NCBI GenBank assembly: GCA_045105515.1
Contig: JBGCDR010000307.1
Coordinates: 1-24,765, forward strand
Origin: Oligoflexales bacterium
Lineage (GTDB): Bacteria; Bdellovibrionota_B; Oligoflexia; Oligoflexales; Bog-1112
DNA length: 24,765 nt
Direction: 5' to 3'
Below the pieces are notes generated by a model. The model saw nothing but the letters and a program-made list of their open reading frames with translations, did no database searches and was not told the origin of the DNA. Shown here one piece after another: positions 15,789 through 24,765 of this stretch (the first letter of the stretch is position 1; the number at the start of each line of letters is the position of its first letter). Both the position numbers and the translations under genes were made by a program.

Positions 15789-15920
15789 AATTTACCATAC
15801 AAAGCCTATGATCTTTGGCAATTGAAGCGAAATCAGCCCTAGGGCGATGATATCAAAGAGCCTGTCTGCAGAAAAATACTTCTTAATAATCGGAGTATAT
15901 AAGTCTTTTGAAGATTATTC

Positions 15921-15949
15921 TTGCCATTCTAAAATTTCTTTGCTAGATT
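15921..15949 (+). promoter_or_regulatory. Sigma70-type promoter
   Basis: TTGCCA (15921-15926), 17-nt spacer, TAGATT (15944-15949) with an extended -10 TG at 15941-15942. Confidence 0.55.
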
Positions 15950-15955
15950 GTGGCT

Positions 15956-15999
15956 GTGTGGTCCTGCGGGGTCCGTTTATCGGGCCCCAGATTAAACAC
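15956..15999 (+). other. GC-rich stem-loop at the predicted transcript 5' end (structured leader or small RNA)
   Basis: GGGGTCCG-TTTAT-CGGGCCCC (15968-15988), extendable through CT/AG and GTGT/ACAC. The G-U pair favours the + strand. Confidence 0.45.
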
Positions 16000-16137
16000 C
16001 TATCTTCTTTAATTCCCAAATAAAAACTATTAATTTTTAAAAAGCTTACACCTAGTCTGTAACATGACATATGTAGTCCTCATGGGTTATGATTGGATAA
16101 AAAATAATGTCCTAATAATCTGCGTAATGGAGCTTGT

Positions 16138-18081
16138 ATGTTCAGCTTTGGGTGGAAACGGCTTTTTGGATTAGTATGCTTAGTGTTGCTGCAGATCTCA
16201 TGTAGTACGACAAAACTCCCAGAATGGTATGAGCATCCTGAGCTAAATGCCCTCAGTGGTGATACTTTTGAAAGTATTCAGAAAATAGGTACTGCTCGCC
16301 TTACAGCCCTCGAAGAGGGGAGTTCTTCTTCTGAAAACAAAGGGCCACTTTCAAGTAGTTCTATGTTACCTGTTGAAAACCCTAAACTAACAAAAAAATA
16401 CCTTAGGTACCTGAAAAAGCTTAAGGTTAAAGGGCCCTTCAGTTGGTATCGACAGGAGATTGTTGAGACCCATCTTCTACCGACGGCTCCTTTCCCAACA
16501 GGAAAGCATATCAATAACAGCTTGATTTGGGCTTTTGTAGACAATAAACCTGCTTATGGATTTAGGCCGATGGCTATTCGCTTAGAGCCTACTCAGGTTG
16601 CAAGTGAGTTCCATTTAGCATTTAAGCCGGATGGTAAGATCATTGATATCTTAATTACTCCAAAGATGCCCCTCATTAACAATGATCGGTCCCCTGTTTC
16701 TCCCGAAATTAAAAGTTCCCTAATTAAACTTGCAGACAAGCTCCCAGCAACTATCGCCGAGGTGCGTAAGCCTACAGACCTAACTTATAACCTTGCAGCT
16801 GGAGTTCCACAAACATTTCCTATATACGAAGGTTCCTTACCAAGTTTTGCTTCATACTCTGGGTACGCAATATATCATGCATCGCTTGGAGTTAAATCTC
16901 TTATCAAGCAGTCCAAACAGCAAACTAAGAAAAATGTTGAAATCAAGAAATTCTACTCTGATGTCTCAGACCTTACAACTTGTTACCTTCAAATCAACAT
17001 GGAATCCTGTATTGACAAGATCACGAGGTACCTTAGTCCAAAGGTAAAACTTCCGGCTCGAGAGCAAAAATTAGCAAATGAAATCTATATAAGCCTCCTG
17101 ACGAAGTATTTTTATGAAACCTCTGGCAAAGATTTAAATCTTAAAAAAATCTTAGGATCAATTAATACAGCTCAAGCTCACCTCCTCGCTTCTTTGCAGA
17201 ACGATTTCCAGATTTTTTTGTTGGGTATTTTAGGCAGGTTTGATGGACCGGCCTTAATCATGGAGTTTTCAAAAACCAGTAAGGTTTTTTCTATGCTTAG
17301 CCCTCATTTTCTTAAGTATATTGAGTTGCTCACTGTATGTTTGTTGAAGGATCTCAATACTCTGGACAAGATTGCCACTGAGGATGACCTTTTCTTTGTT
17401 GTAAATTTTCTGAAAGATCAGCCGAGAGTGTTTAATGCATATGTTAAAGCTTTACATGATATGGGGTTAGCAGTATTTGCAGAGCCAATGATGGCTCATT
17501 ATTTACTTCATTTTCCTGCTTATTCTAAGGATATCTATAAGATTTTTGATGCGGGTGCAAAAAAACGAATTGCTAATTCATTCAAACAACTAAAAGCAGG
17601 TCATTTAAAAAAGCTTAAGAATACCTATGGTAAAAGTTATGGAACTATGAAAAAACTAACAGTTCTAGGTGGCTTAAATTTGGAAGAGGAGAGGATTTTT
17701 CCTCCAGCTAAAGGCAATTTCAAAGTATTAGTTTTTATAAATAACCAAAGTTCTTACTGCATGCAGCTTGTTAAGCAACTTAAGATGCAAGTTTCAACAT
17801 CATTTTTAGAGAAGATTATTCTGGTAGATGTATTTGAAAAAGGAGAAAATTTTGAGGCGTTTGTTGAAGAAACGGAGATTGGAGAAAGTCCGCTCCTAAA
17901 AAATATGCTACGTATTGATTGGGGAGAAGAAACCAAGAGCTTTTATGAAAGTATGACTCTATACCAAATTCCTCGCATCCTTGTATTGAACAAGGACAAT
18001 AAGATAGTGCAATTCAATCATGAACTTCCATTTTCTTTTGCCAGCTTAGAAAGAGATCTTCTTTGGGTCTATGGGAGTTAG
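16138..18081 (+). CDS. Large lipoprotein with C-terminal thioredoxin/TlpA-like fold (SxxC)
   Basis: Lipobox-like QIS-C22. C-terminal KVLVFINNQSSYC...IILVDV...YQIPRILVLNKDNKIV. Confidence 0.65.
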   Translation: MFSFGWKRLFGLVCLVLLQISCSTTKLPEWYEHPELNALSGDTFESIQKIGTARLTALEEGSSSSENKGPLSSSSMLPVENPKLTKKYLRYLKKLKVKGPFSWYRQEIVETHLLPTAPFPTGKHINNSLIWAFVDNKPAYGFRPMAIRLEPTQVASEFHLAFKPDGKIIDILITPKMPLINNDRSPVSPEIKSSLIKLADKLPATIAEVRKPTDLTYNLAAGVPQTFPIYEGSLPSFASYSGYAIYHASLGVKSLIKQSKQQTKKNVEIKKFYSDVSDLTTCYLQINMESCIDKITRYLSPKVKLPAREQKLANEIYISLLTKYFYETSGKDLNLKKILGSINTAQAHLLASLQNDFQIFLLGILGRFDGPALIMEFSKTSKVFSMLSPHFLKYIELLTVCLLKDLNTLDKIATEDDLFFVVNFLKDQPRVFNAYVKALHDMGLAVFAEPMMAHYLLHFPAYSKDIYKIFDAGAKKRIANSFKQLKAGHLKKLKNTYGKSYGTMKKLTVLGGLNLEEERIFPPAKGNFKVLVFINNQSSYCMQLVKQLKMQVSTSFLEKIILVDVFEKGENFEAFVEETEIGESPLLKNMLRIDWGEETKSFYESMTLYQIPRILVLNKDNKIVQFNHELPFSFASLERDLLWVYGS

Positions 18082-18087
18082 TCGCTT

Positions 18088-19257
18088 TTAGACTTCCAGA
18101 CCCTCAAGTCTAGAAACAATGGTATCTATCTCATCAAACCATGGTTCAAGAAATTGTTTAGCTTCTCGAGGAATCTGTTCGAAGAAGCGCGACTTAAAAG
18201 CCTTCCATTTATGAGAAGACACAAAAATATCATCAATCAAGTCTGAGTCAGGGATATTCTTTATAGTTTCTATATAAGATCGTTCAATGATCGAATCAAA
18301 ATTTTTAAGAAAACAAAGGAGCCATACTTTTTCAGCGGAGCGGTATGCAAGCTTGCCAATATCTTCAGGATAATTTGCATTTTTCAAAGTCACTTGAGTA
18401 GTAATTTCAGTAAGCTTCTTTTTATGTAATTTTACCGTATCCTCAATTTCAGCAGATGCCCCGTATTGAGCTTTATATAAAATATTATGCTCGACTAGTT
18501 CTCTTGTTGCTTTTTCGGCAGCCTTTGTTGCAATAAACCATGCTGCTGAATCAGCAGTTTCTTCGGTGAAGTCTCCAGCTGAATTCCAAGCTATATCGCT
18601 AGCTTCTTCCCAAGAGAAGTTATTCTTAGAAGCTTCAGCAGCTTTTATAGCTGCTGACCATGCTGATGCTCTTGCAGCATTTTCCAAGACATGGTTGAAT
18701 GCCCACATAGTAAAAAATATGCCATAAGCATGCTTAATCAAGTAATATTTTTCTGATCTGAGACTTCTTTCCTTGTTTTTAGCAAAGATATGTAATCTAT
18801 TCTTCAGCAAATGAGAAATATGAGAAAGATAGTCAGGCTCTCTAGTCACCCAAAAAAACCACGGTGAAGTTTTAGCGGTTTGGATTGTTTCTTCTTTCCA
18901 AAGCATAAACAGTTCTTTGTCATTGATAGAATTCTGATATTTAGGCAATTGTAAAGCCTGCTCCATTAGGGATGCTCTTTGGGTGTCAGGTAAATCTCCA
19001 TGGTTTATGAGCCAATCAAAATCATTAAACCGGACTATTTTTAACGTGTCTTGATTTTCATATACTTCAGGCCACAAGCGCCAGTTTTGATCTTGTTGAG
19101 AATCTATGAATACAGCTAGAGGACTCACTTCTAAATCAGGCAAGATCGTTAGAACATTATTACAAATTTGTGCTTTAAAAAAATCGGGGGTTTGGGGGGT
19201 GGTTTGTGGAAGACAAAATGTTGCTAGTGAAAGTAATTTTGCTAGTAGTTCTGGCAT
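18088..19257 (-). CDS. Hypothetical protein with Ala/Trp-rich helical segment
   Basis: 389-aa ORF containing AARASAWSAA / ASDIAWNSA / ADSAAWFIA. No recognised catalytic motif. Confidence 0.7.
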   Translation of the reverse strand: MPELLAKLLSLATFCLPQTTPQTPDFFKAQICNNVLTILPDLEVSPLAVFIDSQQDQNWRLWPEVYENQDTLKIVRFNDFDWLINHGDLPDTQRASLMEQALQLPKYQNSINDKELFMLWKEETIQTAKTSPWFFWVTREPDYLSHISHLLKNRLHIFAKNKERSLRSEKYYLIKHAYGIFFTMWAFNHVLENAARASAWSAAIKAAEASKNNFSWEEASDIAWNSAGDFTEETADSAAWFIATKAAEKATRELVEHNILYKAQYGASAEIEDTVKLHKKKLTEITTQVTLKNANYPEDIGKLAYRSAEKVWLLCFLKNFDSIIERSYIETIKNIPDSDLIDDIFVSSHKWKAFKSRFFEQIPREAKQFLEPWFDEIDTIVSRLEGLEV

Positions 19258-19437
19258 TAAGTTTAACCTGATAATTATTAAAATCGTATGGGCAATGATT
19301 ATTAATAGTCAATACATCAACGTCAATAAAATAATCACAAATAAAAAAGTAATAATTGATATGTTATAGACAAGGTTTGACTTATACTTACAAAGTTTAG
19401 CTGGTAAGGCTTTTATAGTTCATCTTTTGGACTCAAC

Positions 19438-22281
19438 TTAGAGGTCTATGATATATGCGGCTCCGGAATCGGTTTTTGAATTGTCACCACTCCCCGCTGT
19501 GCCATTAATAATTGAGGTGACATTGCTATCTTCTGCGTAGGCTCCTGCGACTATTGTCTCCCCTGAAATCGACACATTTTTTCCAAAACGATCTTCTGGA
19601 TCTGAGTTAGAGGACTTTATATAAGCTAACTGACTCCATACCCCTGCTGTCCTTTTAAAGACATATACAGCACCAGATTTATCCCGTGAATTGTCACTAC
19701 TAGCAGTCGCACCATTGGTGATGCCCACTTGATTACTATCTTCATCGTATGAGGATACAGCTACTAAATCTCCAGAAATTGCCACATAGTATCCAAAGTA
19801 ATCATCGACATCTGGATAAGGTGCTTTTAAATACGCTTCTTGCGCCCAAGTAGAACCTGTGCGCTTATAGATATAAACTGCTCCAGCATCGACCACGGAA
19901 TTGTCTGCGCTTGCAGTGGCTCCATTGGTAATGGTATTTTGACCGCTTTCTTCATCAGCCGCGGTAACGACAAGAGTATCGCCAGAAAGGGCAAGCGCCC
20001 AGCCAAAGAAATCATCAGCTTCACTATTTACTGCTTTTATATATGCTTCTTGAGCCCATGTGGAACCTGTACGTTTATATACATAGACAGCTCCTGAGTA
20101 AGCACTGCTATTATCAGCTGAGGCAGTACTCCCGTTGGTAATTGATGTTTGGTTGCTATCTTCGTAAGCTGAGCCAACGGCAATGGTATCTCCTGAAATA
20201 GTAATCGGCCAACCAAAATAATCATCCACATCTGCATTCGCTGCTTTTATATAAGCTTCCTGAGCCCATGTGGATCCAGTGCGCTTAAATACATAAACTG
20301 CTCCAGAATCGGTAAACGTGTTGTCAGCACTGGCAGTTGAACCATTGGTTATGGATGTTTGGTTGCTATCCTCTCCCCCGGCACCAATAACGATAGTGTC
20401 ATCAGAAATTGCAACTCTCTCGCCAAAATAGTCTTCAGTTTCGCCATTAGCTGCTTTTAAATATGCCTCCTGTACCCAAGTGGTCCCTGTGCGCTTAAAA
20501 ACATAAGCGGCTCCTGAATCAGTATTAGTGTTATCTGCACTTGCAGTGGCCCCATTGGTAATGGTGTTCTGATTACTATCTTCGCCCCAAGCTCCCACAA
20601 CAATAGTGTCACCAGAAATAGCAACTTGCCTACCAAAAAAATCACCTGCATTGCCATTTGAGGCTTTTATGTATGCCTCTTGAGTCCATGTTGAACCAGT
20701 GCGTTTAAAAACATAGACAGCTACCGACTCAAGGTTGGAATTATCCGGGCTGGCAGTATCATTGTTGGCAATCGTTGCTTGATTACTATCTTCACGCCAT
20801 GCACCTACCACCACGGTATCACCCGATATTGAAACAGCTCGTCCAAAAAGATCTGCAGCATCGGCATTGGGTGCTTTTAAATATGCCTGTTCCAGGAATC
20901 CGTAGATAAATCCTGAACCGTTTCCTTCTGTTCCAAGATTTCCTGCTTCATCCACTGCTCTAACAGTTGCAAAAGCTGTTTCGCCCCAGCTTAAATTTAA
21001 ATTAGTAAAATCTGTGCCGGTTTGTTGGCCAACATTTTTCCAATCAGAAAAATCGGTTAATCCTGGAGAAGAGCCAAGAGCTACCTCATAGCTAGTGATA
21101 CCAGAGCCTGAGTCAGTAGTAGCTGACCAGCTTACTGATGGAGAAGTAGTGGGTGAATTCGTTGTTCGTCCATCGTCAACTAAATCTGGTGCCAAGGGGC
21201 CAATTGAATCATGGGTTATACTATCTGTCAGACAAGCAGTCTCATTGCCTGCTCTGTCCCTATATTTAACATAGACTGATACTGCTGAGTTTTCTTGCGC
21301 AAGTGTCCAATTTTCTTTGGATGTTGAAATTGGCTCCCAGCTTCCCCCATCTGTACAATCCGCGGTATTAGTGATGTACATCTCGTGCGCATCGGTAGCT
21401 TCAAGGTAAATGGTCTGCTCGCTACTGGAAGTGACAGAACCTGATCCAATCATAATACTTGGAGAAGCAGGTGCTGCTGAATCAAATATGATACTTTCAT
21501 TGATGCACCCCCACTCATTTTCGAAAAAATCACGAAATTTAGCGAATAAATTATATTCACTTTTTCCCTCAACAATTTCAAGGTTAAAATTAGCTGGACC
21601 AGTTGGAATTTCTTGCCAAGATCCTCCTTCGTCACAGGAAGCAGACTCAGTTAAATAGACGTCTCTGACAACCCGATTTGCCTCTATATTTACACTTACT
21701 TGCTGGGAGTTTGTATATCCATTACCTTCAATCGAAATGTTTAAATTATTGAATGAATCTCCGGGACAAGGCAAATTCATATTGAATGCAGGTGGCTGTA
21801 GATATTTCACGGATTGATCTTGATCTTGATCTAATTTGTTGAAAGTCATTCTGATGCAAAAATTAATTGCTAGGGGACCACAGGTATTGGTGTTCGCAGA
21901 CTGTCTTATAACCTGTTTCATTGTGGGCTCTTCTTTTTGGTAAATTAAATTCTCGCAGATTTCTTTTAAACTTGGATTGTTCAGGAACAAAGCTGCGCCT
22001 GAAACCATAATAGGTTCCGAAAATTCAGCATCTGCTCCCTCGGGTGGCTCAAATTCAAATAATTTTTCGTCATTTGCAAAGAAATCTTCAATGACTTCCG
22101 GCTCTGATGAACCATCTTCACCTCGCAATCTTTCTGCTTCACGATAACCTTCAAGTGTCGCTAATTTCTCTTGATCTTGATTGGCTTGTTCAATTTCACT
22201 TGTTGATGGATATCTTACACCTCCTGTGTCCGCATTGCAGGAGTAAATAAGAAAAACGATGGGAAATAAACTAGACCTCAT
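19438..22281 (-). CDS. Surface lipoprotein: two Cys-containing Ig-like repeats, Fn3-like domain, seven FG-GAP repeats
   Basis: MRSSLFPIVFLIYS-C lipobox, with GGAG 6 nt before the ATG at 22281. VSWSATTDSGSGITSYEVALG...VRAVDEAGN is Fn3-like. Seven AYxKA..DxFG..AISGDT..VGA..ED..GAVYVF repeats. Confidence 0.88.
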   Translation of the reverse strand: MRSSLFPIVFLIYSCNADTGGVRYPSTSEIEQANQDQEKLATLEGYREAERLRGEDGSSEPEVIEDFFANDEKLFEFEPPEGADAEFSEPIMVSGAALFLNNPSLKEICENLIYQKEEPTMKQVIRQSANTNTCGPLAINFCIRMTFNKLDQDQDQSVKYLQPPAFNMNLPCPGDSFNNLNISIEGNGYTNSQQVSVNIEANRVVRDVYLTESASCDEGGSWQEIPTGPANFNLEIVEGKSEYNLFAKFRDFFENEWGCINESIIFDSAAPASPSIMIGSGSVTSSSEQTIYLEATDAHEMYITNTADCTDGGSWEPISTSKENWTLAQENSAVSVYVKYRDRAGNETACLTDSITHDSIGPLAPDLVDDGRTTNSPTTSPSVSWSATTDSGSGITSYEVALGSSPGLTDFSDWKNVGQQTGTDFTNLNLSWGETAFATVRAVDEAGNLGTEGNGSGFIYGFLEQAYLKAPNADAADLFGRAVSISGDTVVVGAWREDSNQATIANNDTASPDNSNLESVAVYVFKRTGSTWTQEAYIKASNGNAGDFFGRQVAISGDTIVVGAWGEDSNQNTITNGATASADNTNTDSGAAYVFKRTGTTWVQEAYLKAANGETEDYFGERVAISDDTIVIGAGGEDSNQTSITNGSTASADNTFTDSGAVYVFKRTGSTWAQEAYIKAANADVDDYFGWPITISGDTIAVGSAYEDSNQTSITNGSTASADNSSAYSGAVYVYKRTGSTWAQEAYIKAVNSEADDFFGWALALSGDTLVVTAADEESGQNTITNGATASADNSVVDAGAVYIYKRTGSTWAQEAYLKAPYPDVDDYFGYYVAISGDLVAVSSYDEDSNQVGITNGATASSDNSRDKSGAVYVFKRTAGVWSQLAYIKSSNSDPEDRFGKNVSISGETIVAGAYAEDSNVTSIINGTAGSGDNSKTDSGAAYIIDL
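19441..20890 (-). repeat. Seven intragenic 210-bp (70-aa) FG-GAP repeats
   Basis: The AY codons recur at about 20881, 20671, 20461, 20251, 20041, 19831 and 19621, an exact 210-nt period. Confidence 0.92.
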
Positions 22282-22601
22282 CATGGGCTCCAAATATGGC
22301 ATTCTACCTAATCTACATATAAGATCGTATTGTTTTACCAAATTTTAAGTTTGTGTTGTAATACCTTGAAAATATGAATTTTATTCCGGTGCATTTAATT
22401 TAGAAATATGGGCCTATGCGCCTAAAAGTGATCAAAGATTACAAGATAATTTGCATTTATATTTACGGTTTTAACTCTCCTATAACAAATTTTTAAAAGG
22501 TGGAACAACCCCCTAATATCTTCTATACTCAGTCCTCATGTTGAAAATTTATAACGATGAAAGTTATAAAATATACAAAACTTAATTTAGGGTATTTAAT
22601 T

Positions 22602-23483
22602 ATGAGAGAATTGATTATTTTACTGTTGTTATCCTTGCTAGAGGTTCCTTTATTTGCTCTAAATCTCAACCCAAATGAAATAGGCCTTTGCGAATGCTTT
22701 GAAGAAAAGGACTACAATCGTAAATTGGTTTTAGACTTTGAGCATGAAATTAACTATCCAGTTAGTAAAAGTAAACTATTGAAAGGAAAGGCTTATGCAG
22801 GATTTAAAGTCTACAAAGGAAAAGAGTTTGCAGAAGATTTTTTCTATCACGATAAATTAACTTCATCAGGTACTTTTAAAACAGGGATACTTACAGTCTT
22901 ACAGGGAGTATTTGCGATTGACAAGAGGCCAGATTTTTTTTCTACTCCTGAGTTTCATCTAGAAAAAGATTTTATTGAACGGATCGGAAGAAAATTAACT
23001 ATTTTGGGCGCTGGGAAAGAATTTGGAATCGAAGCAAATAAATGGATTAAACATAAAATTCCCATGTTACCTCAAATAAATATAAAAATGAAGATAAAGG
23101 TTGCTAGCTATCAATATGCAGAACAAAAATGGTCCGGTCATGCTGACGCTATAGTACCGGCAGAAGAAATTGAAATTTTGAATGATCAATTAGTAGACCA
23201 ACTACCGGGCCTAGTACCCCTTTATACAATATCCTCGGCTACCAAAGGTTTAAATGGTAACTTAAATGGGACTAGGTTTTTTAGCACTGTATTTAAATTG
23301 GAAGGAACTGATAAGCAGGTTTTGTCCACATGGCAGTTTGTTTCATTGGACCTGAATTGGATGGTAAAGAAAGTGCTCTATTTAAATCCGCAGCTGCTAA
23401 AAAAGACTATGTACCGGGATTATTCCAGATTTGTTGACGCGGTTAGACTAGTTGGAATTCATCCTTATGGATCTTTTCATTAG
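22602..23483 (+). CDS. Secreted hypothetical protein
   Basis: MRELIILLLLSLLEVPLFA signal-like N-terminus at ATG 22602; the ORF track starts at 22557. Confidence 0.7.
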   Translation: MRELIILLLLSLLEVPLFALNLNPNEIGLCECFEEKDYNRKLVLDFEHEINYPVSKSKLLKGKAYAGFKVYKGKEFAEDFFYHDKLTSSGTFKTGILTVLQGVFAIDKRPDFFSTPEFHLEKDFIERIGRKLTILGAGKEFGIEANKWIKHKIPMLPQINIKMKIKVASYQYAEQKWSGHADAIVPAEEIEILNDQLVDQLPGLVPLYTISSATKGLNGNLNGTRFFSTVFKLEGTDKQVLSTWQFVSLDLNWMVKKVLYLNPQLLKKTMYRDYSRFVDAVRLVGIHPYGSFH

Positions 23484-23582
23484 CCCATAGTCTGGGCCAT
23501 CCCTAGCAAAGTCGAGGGATCTTTGGTGATAAAAAGAGACTCTCCAATTTAAACTGACTAGAGGGTAATTTTTAATCAAAGT

Positions 23583-24080
23583 CTAAAGTTTAAAGGTTCC
23601 CGGGTTAAGAAATTCATAGATGGAGGAGGCTTTCTTAGCTTTTTCCCTTCTTTCATCGCTCATTTGTTTTAATTGATCACCAAAAAGATCATCAAACAAC
23701 TTTTTATGCGCTGCCTTTCGCTCTGAATCTGAAGAATAGTTTTCATGAATCATAACTAACTCTCCAAGATCAAGCCAATACCCCCCACATCCAGGACACT
23801 CATCCACTTCAACGCGGCGTTTGACACTGTGGAAGTGACGCATCATCACTATTTTTCTGTCGCATTTAGGGCAGTCGAGCCGTTTTTCCATGTCTACCTG
23901 AATATTATGATTGCATTTAATTTGCGAAAAGACACTCACATCAACTTCGTGGTGTTCATCAAGTTTTTGAAGTTCCCATTTGTCAAACCAAATACCTCCA
24001 CATGCGTTTTGGCATACATCGAGTTCTACATCATTGACTTTAAGTAAGCTTAAGCTATTTTCACATCTTGGACACTTCAA
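23583..24080 (-). CDS. Double zinc-ribbon (zf-TFIIB-like) protein
   Basis: CPRC...LDVCQNACGGIWFDKWEL and CPKC...VDECPGCGGYWLDLGEL. AGGAGG RBS and TTG start. Confidence 0.88.
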   Translation of the reverse strand: MKCPRCENSLSLLKVNDVELDVCQNACGGIWFDKWELQKLDEHHEVDVSVFSQIKCNHNIQVDMEKRLDCPKCDRKIVMMRHFHSVKRRVEVDECPGCGGYWLDLGELVMIHENYSSDSERKAAHKKLFDDLFGDQLKQMSDERREKAKKASSIYEFLNPGTFKL

Positions 24081-24100
24081 ACTAGCCTCCTTTTATAGCA

Positions 24101-24630
24101 CTATCTTTGAATGTTGTTTGTTACTGTTTGTGATGAAATCAATATATCTCTAATCTGCTGCTGCAGATCCGTCACTACTGATGGAGAATGAGGTACCAAA
24201 ACAGTGCTTGATTTGTTGTTTGCGGCAATATCCTTCAATGCATCGAAATATTGGGTGACCAATACGAGGTTCATGACGCTATCAGCAGAGGACTCTGGGA
24301 TGCTTTTCTGAAAGTCATCGATTGATTCTCGCAATCCATCAACAATTGCTTTACGTTGATCTGCAATACCCCGGCCTTGAAGCGCCTTGCTCTGAGCTTC
24401 GGCTTCTGCTGCTTTAACCCTGATAATTCGGTCTGCCTCACCCTTTTCTGTTGCTGCTATTCGTAGCCTTTGAGCTGCTGTTATTTCATTCATTGCATGT
24501 TTAACATTTGCATCAGGTTCGATATCTGTGACTAGAGTCATTACAATACCCCAGCCAAATTGGGACATGGTATGAGATAATTCCTTTTTCACAGAAATAG
24601 CGATTTCATCCTTTTTTTCAAAAACATCAT
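24101..24630 (-). pseudogene. C-terminal part of an SPFH/band-7 (HIR-like) protein, N-terminus missing
   Basis: DVFEKKDEIAISVK, TLVTDIEPD, VKHAMNEI, GIADQRKAIVDGLRES, VTQYFD. Similarity stops abruptly upstream of NDVFEKK. Confidence 0.85.
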
Positions 24631-24631
24631 T

Positions 24632-24765
24632 AGAGTTGTCTAACAATTGATAAAACCCTTTGGTAGCTTAATTTATGTTATTTTATAGTTCCAAAGACCT
24701 GCTGCTGCGTAACCTATTTCATCACGAAGCTTATCAATTCTGACTCTTAACTTTGAAGAAGCTGC
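24632..24765 (-). mobile_element. Probable end of an IS5-family (ISL2-like, DDE_Tnp_4) insertion sequence with transposase C-terminus
   Basis: Minus-strand frame 24765-24673 reads AASSKLRVRIDKLRDEIGYAAAGLWNYKIT*, resembling the ...R.R...D.....A.GL[WH]N[FY] tail of DDE_Tnp_4 transposases. A candidate terminal sequence AGAGTTGTCTAACAA sits at the SPFH breakpoint. Only 30 codons are visible. Confidence 0.6.

Noticed and set aside
15830..15870. GGCGATG / GCCCTAGGGC as a fluoride or other riboswitch
   Set aside because: The pairing partner and downstream consensus are absent; only a 10-bp palindrome remains.
19827..20657. Three similar 65-66 aa alternative-frame ORFs
   Set aside because: By-product of the 210-bp FG-GAP periodicity, not separate genes.
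19441..20890. Regular repeats as a CRISPR array or DGR template/variable repeat
   Set aside because: The repeats are in-frame, protein-coding and diverge at synonymous sites. There are no spacers, cas genes or reverse transcriptase in the window.
1332..21658. Short ORFs antisense to or nested in long genes (e.g. 1332-1541, 2421-2696, 3349-3543, 7219-7584, 8278-8649, 9212-9544, 11271-11561, 14621-15610 set, 16278-16544, 21410-21658)
   Set aside because: Shadow frames of well-supported genes, with no recognisable motifs.
24631..24646. TTG start for an intact 181-aa SPFH protein
   Set aside because: The start lies in non-homologous, probably IS-derived sequence, and the N-terminal SPFH domain is missing.

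Overview
AT-rich bacterial chromosomal window. The gene content (lipoproteins, FG-GAP surface protein, HelD-like ATPase, sigma54 site) suggests a Bdellovibrionota/Oligoflexia- or deltaproteobacterium-like genome; this is inference only. Left to right: a decayed response-regulator fragment; a Cys-rich two-gene unit; an orphan membrane histidine kinase; a HelD-like SF1 ATPase; a small hypothetical gene; a four-gene HMA_2/CoBaHMA + P-type ATPase + DUF5132-like cluster; a lipoprotein with a candidate sigma54 promoter; a complete livK(J)HMGF ABC operon; a thioredoxin-fold lipoprotein; a hypothetical protein; a 7-repeat FG-GAP lipoprotein; a secreted hypothetical protein; a double zinc-ribbon protein; and an SPFH gene apparently cut by an IS at the right edge. 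Best candidate for a new system (622-1145): a Cys-rich leader protein ending in an RPP motif. Its Pro-Pro codons form an anti-Shine-Dalgarno that can pair over 13+3 bp with the ribosome-binding site of an unannotated 40-aa secreted metallothionein-like gene (mature QPDCCEDCQGQQCDCCEDCE). A perfect 32-bp palindrome closes the unit. Second candidate: a ferrosome(fez)-like cluster built around a P2A (Ca/Mn-type) pump rather than a P1B ATPase. All family assignments come from motif recognition by eye; no database searches were run.
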